Assembly: GCA_035530895.1 (NCBI GenBank)
Contig: DATKTW010000010.1
Location: forward strand, 1-40,425
Source of the DNA: Candidatus Nanopelagicaceae bacterium
GTDB lineage: Archaea; Asgardarchaeota; Lokiarchaeia; Sigyniarchaeales; SOKP01
DNA: 40,425 nt
Direction: 5' to 3'
Numbering within the stretch: the first letter of the stretch is position 1; every line of letters begins with the position of its first letter. Below the pieces are notes generated by a model. The model saw nothing but the letters and a program-made list of their open reading frames with translations, was not told where the DNA came from and searched no databases. Shown piece after piece: positions 37,955 to 40,425 of the stretch. Made by a program: the position numbers and the translations under genes.

Positions 37955-39097
37955 GTGATCTTCATGACAAGTACAAAAGTTGATGTCGTATCTAATTCTA
38001 AAGATGTGGTATATATAGATTTTAGAACCCTTAAGAATTTCATTAGAGATGTGTTTATTGGTCTTAATGTGAAGAGAAACGACGCCGATATCATTGCTGA
38101 TGTTTTGATTACGTCAGATTTACGAGGTATAGATTCACACGGCATTCAAAGATGTAAGATGTATTACGATAGGATTAAAGAAGGAATATATAATACAGAC
38201 ACTAAAATAAAGATCGTTAAAAAAGGCCCCACTACAGCTGTTATTGATGGTGGCTGTGGATTGGGGCCTGTAATAGGTTATAAGGCTATGAAATTAGCTA
38301 TTCAGAAGGCTAAAAAATATGGTCTTGGGGCTGTAGCAGTGAGAAATTCAACACATTTCGGAATTGCTGGATATTATTCGCTTATGGCGATAAACGAGGG
38401 TATGATAGGGATTACCACTACGAATGCTAGACCGGCAGTTCCTCCAACATTTGGTGTAGAACCAATGTTGGGAACAAATCCATTAACTGCAGGCGCACCC
38501 ACAGATGAAAATTTTCCTTTTTTAATTGATTGCGCTACCTCAATTATTCAAAGAGGTAAGGTAGAAGTGTATGATAGAATACACCAACCGCTCCCCAACG
38601 GTCTAGTAATTACTAAAAATGGGAGATCACAGAATGATCCTCACGAAACCCTTAAAAATTTAGAAGAAAGGACTGCTGCTCTTTTACCATTAGGGGGATT
38701 AGGTGAAGGAACATCTGGTTATAAAGGTTTTGGCTATGCTACATTTGTAGAGATTTTATCATCAGCTTTGCAAGACGGGATTTTCCTAAAAGGTACGGCA
38801 GGAGTTATTGAAGACAATCAAAAGCGTTTGAAAGTCGGGCATTTCTTTTTAGCGATAAATATAAATCATTTTACCCCTTTAAGACGGTTTAAGCGAACTA
38901 CAGGTACTATCATGAGGAACCTTAGAAACTCTAAGAAAGTTTCTGGAAAGTCGCGAATATATACCGCTGGAGAAAAGGAATATTTATTTGAAAAAGAACG
39001 GAAAAACCAAGGTATTCCAATTAATAAAAGTTTGCAAGAAGATATTAAAACCATGCAGAAAGAATTAAAATTGTTTAACTACAATTTTCCGTTTTAA
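37955..39097 (+). CDS. Ldh_2 family dehydrogenase, paralog 2
   Basis: DLRGIDSHG, VRNSTHFG, GTNP, D.ATS, GYKGFG; start may be ATG 37964. Confidence 0.92.
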   Translation: MIFMTSTKVDVVSNSKDVVYIDFRTLKNFIRDVFIGLNVKRNDADIIADVLITSDLRGIDSHGIQRCKMYYDRIKEGIYNTDTKIKIVKKGPTTAVIDGGCGLGPVIGYKAMKLAIQKAKKYGLGAVAVRNSTHFGIAGYYSLMAINEGMIGITTTNARPAVPPTFGVEPMLGTNPLTAGAPTDENFPFLIDCATSIIQRGKVEVYDRIHQPLPNGLVITKNGRSQNDPHETLKNLEERTAALLPLGGLGEGTSGYKGFGYATFVEILSSALQDGIFLKGTAGVIEDNQKRLKVGHFFLAININHFTPLRRFKRTTGTIMRNLRNSKKVSGKSRIYTAGEKEYLFEKERKNQGIPINKSLQEDIKTMQKELKLFNYNFPF

Positions 39098-39100
39098 TTA

Positions 39101-40425
39101 CTAGAATATAATTCCCTCAGTTCGTCCTTCTAAGGGTTCAGAATGAAGAATTACTTCTGTTAAATTTTCAATATTCAGAGTATTTTTTATTCGTTGCTCT
39201 ACTTCTGTTATCAAAGTATGAACTCGCGTTATATTAAGAGCGCCGTTAAAAAAAACATGAAGTTCGAGCACACAAAAATCCAATGCAGCCCAAAATTCCA
39301 AACCATGATATCCTTTAACCTCTGGAATCGATTTCAAAAGGGTCTCTAGGGAAGCTTGAATTTCTTTCTTCCTTTTAGGCTCAATAGGTGTGCAAACTAG
39401 ATGATCTGTTAGAGATTCTTTCAGCATGTTTTGGGATTCTATATGAGTAATAATTCGCGAGATAAATGGGATTTGCTTTTGTAACTGTTTTTCAAACAGA
39501 CTGCTTAATTCGTGAGCCTCCTCTAAAGATAAACTATCATCGACAACTATAGCTAATGACAAGAAGTAATTGTTTTCAATTCTAAACACATTCAAATCTT
39601 TAAAATCTGATATCTCTTTAAATTCACTTTTCATAGTATAAAGCAAGTTGACAATCTTTTCTCCGAGCGAAGATTCTCCACTTAAAGGATTCATTTCAAC
39701 TAATGTCTCTACATTGTAGGACGGAAAAAATTTTTTGCTCAAAGCTCGAATCGCTTTCGTAATATCATTCGCATGTACTACAGATATATGATCCTCAACA
39801 GCTAGTCGAATTTCTAAAAATAGAGTCTTACCACTAAATCTAACTTTTAATTCCTCAACACCGTTTACATGATCAAGATTAAATATACTCAGCTTTATTT
39901 CCTCAATAATAAGTGAGTTTACTGGGTTTACATCGATTAAATCTTTAATTCCTTCTTTAGAAAGCATGAATGAAGTTATAATTATCAATATAGAAAGAGT
40001 AATACTAAAATAGGGATCTAAAAATTGAATGCTAAAAAATAAAGCGATAACAAAATTAATTATAACTATGAGTGCTCTAAGAGAGTCTTGGAACAAATTT
40101 AAACCTTGAATTTTAAGGGATAAACTATTTTGTCTCTTTCCTTGCCATATTAATATTCTAGAAAATACTAAATTAATAATAAATGAAATAATTAGAATAA
40201 TTAATCCCAAATCGGGATTGATAATTCTAAAAGAGCTTGTTAAGATGGTTTGAATTGCTATAAAAACAAGAATACAATATATATTGATTAAAATAACACC
40301 CTGAACCAATCCTCCTAAAGAGTCAATTTTGGAGTGCCCGTACATATGTTCGAAATCGGGGGGTTTCTGACTTACATAAAGAGCATATATCGTAAGAGTA
40401 ATAAAAAAAATGTCAGTTAGCGTAT
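39101..40425 (-). CDS. cation diffusion facilitator with three C-terminal ZT_dimer-like domains; 5' end outside the window
   Basis: Frame is open past 40345 to the edge (TLTDIFF...KPPDFEHMYGHSKID); three repeats of the V..x.S/N...AH/VH...E domain. Confidence 0.88.
   Translation of the reverse strand, partial: TLTDIFFITLTIYALYVSQKPPDFEHMYGHSKIDSLGGLVQGVILINIYCILVFIAIQTILTSSFRIINPDLGLIILIISFIINLVFSRILIWQGKRQNSLSLKIQGLNLFQDSLRALIVIINFVIALFFSIQFLDPYFSITLSILIIITSFMLSKEGIKDLIDVNPVNSLIIEEIKLSIFNLDHVNGVEELKVRFSGKTLFLEIRLAVEDHISVVHANDITKAIRALSKKFFPSYNVETLVEMNPLSGESSLGEKIVNLLYTMKSEFKEISDFKDLNVFRIENNYFLSLAIVVDDSLSLEEAHELSSLFEKQLQKQIPFISRIITHIESQNMLKESLTDHLVCTPIEPKRKKEIQASLETLLKSIPEVKGYHGLEFWAALDFCVLELHVFFNGALNITRVHTLITEVEQRIKNTLNIENLTEVILHSEPLEGRTEGIIF

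Noticed and set aside
1-40425. Genome-wide reassignment of TGA (e.g. to Trp)
   Set aside because: Several complete genes end in TGA, some with ATGA coupling (1774, 33171; also 31559), and long genes contain no internal TGA; any read-through must be site-specific
1-40425. CRISPR arrays, tRNAs, rRNAs, IS elements or integrases
   Set aside because: No regularly spaced direct repeats, cloverleaf with T-loop consensus, or transposase/integrase motifs seen by eye

Overview
AT-rich archaeal chromosomal segment, most likely Asgard (Lokiarchaeia-like). This is inferred from an archaeal uS10, an archaeal SRP RNA with helix 6, and eukaryote-like proteins (longin domain, Bud23-like methyltransferase, C4C4 RING). 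Most of it is housekeeping or metabolic: ABC transporter, GH20, Lrp, LLM oxidoreductase, FMN glutamate-synthase-like protein, PepF, GuaA, 2x GDH, nucleotide-sugar dehydrogenase, rhomboid, GH172, 2x response regulator, radical SAM, IMPase, UroD-family, MPG glycosylase, 2x Ldh_2 and CDF. No CRISPR array, tRNA, rRNA or transposase was recognised. The main discovery is in the apparently empty gap 20155-21056, which holds two tandem diverged units. Each is a tiny ORF (MSE...D-x-x-Y-[CS]-T-[GS]) with TGA at exactly codon 21 and an open frame beyond it, followed about 90 nt later by a covarying three-way-junction RNA. This is a candidate new small selenoprotein or UGA-recoding system with a non-canonical SECIS-like element. 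Other unannotated elements: a box C/D sRNA, the SRP RNA, a gene split at a -1 slippery site, and two more in-frame TGA cases.
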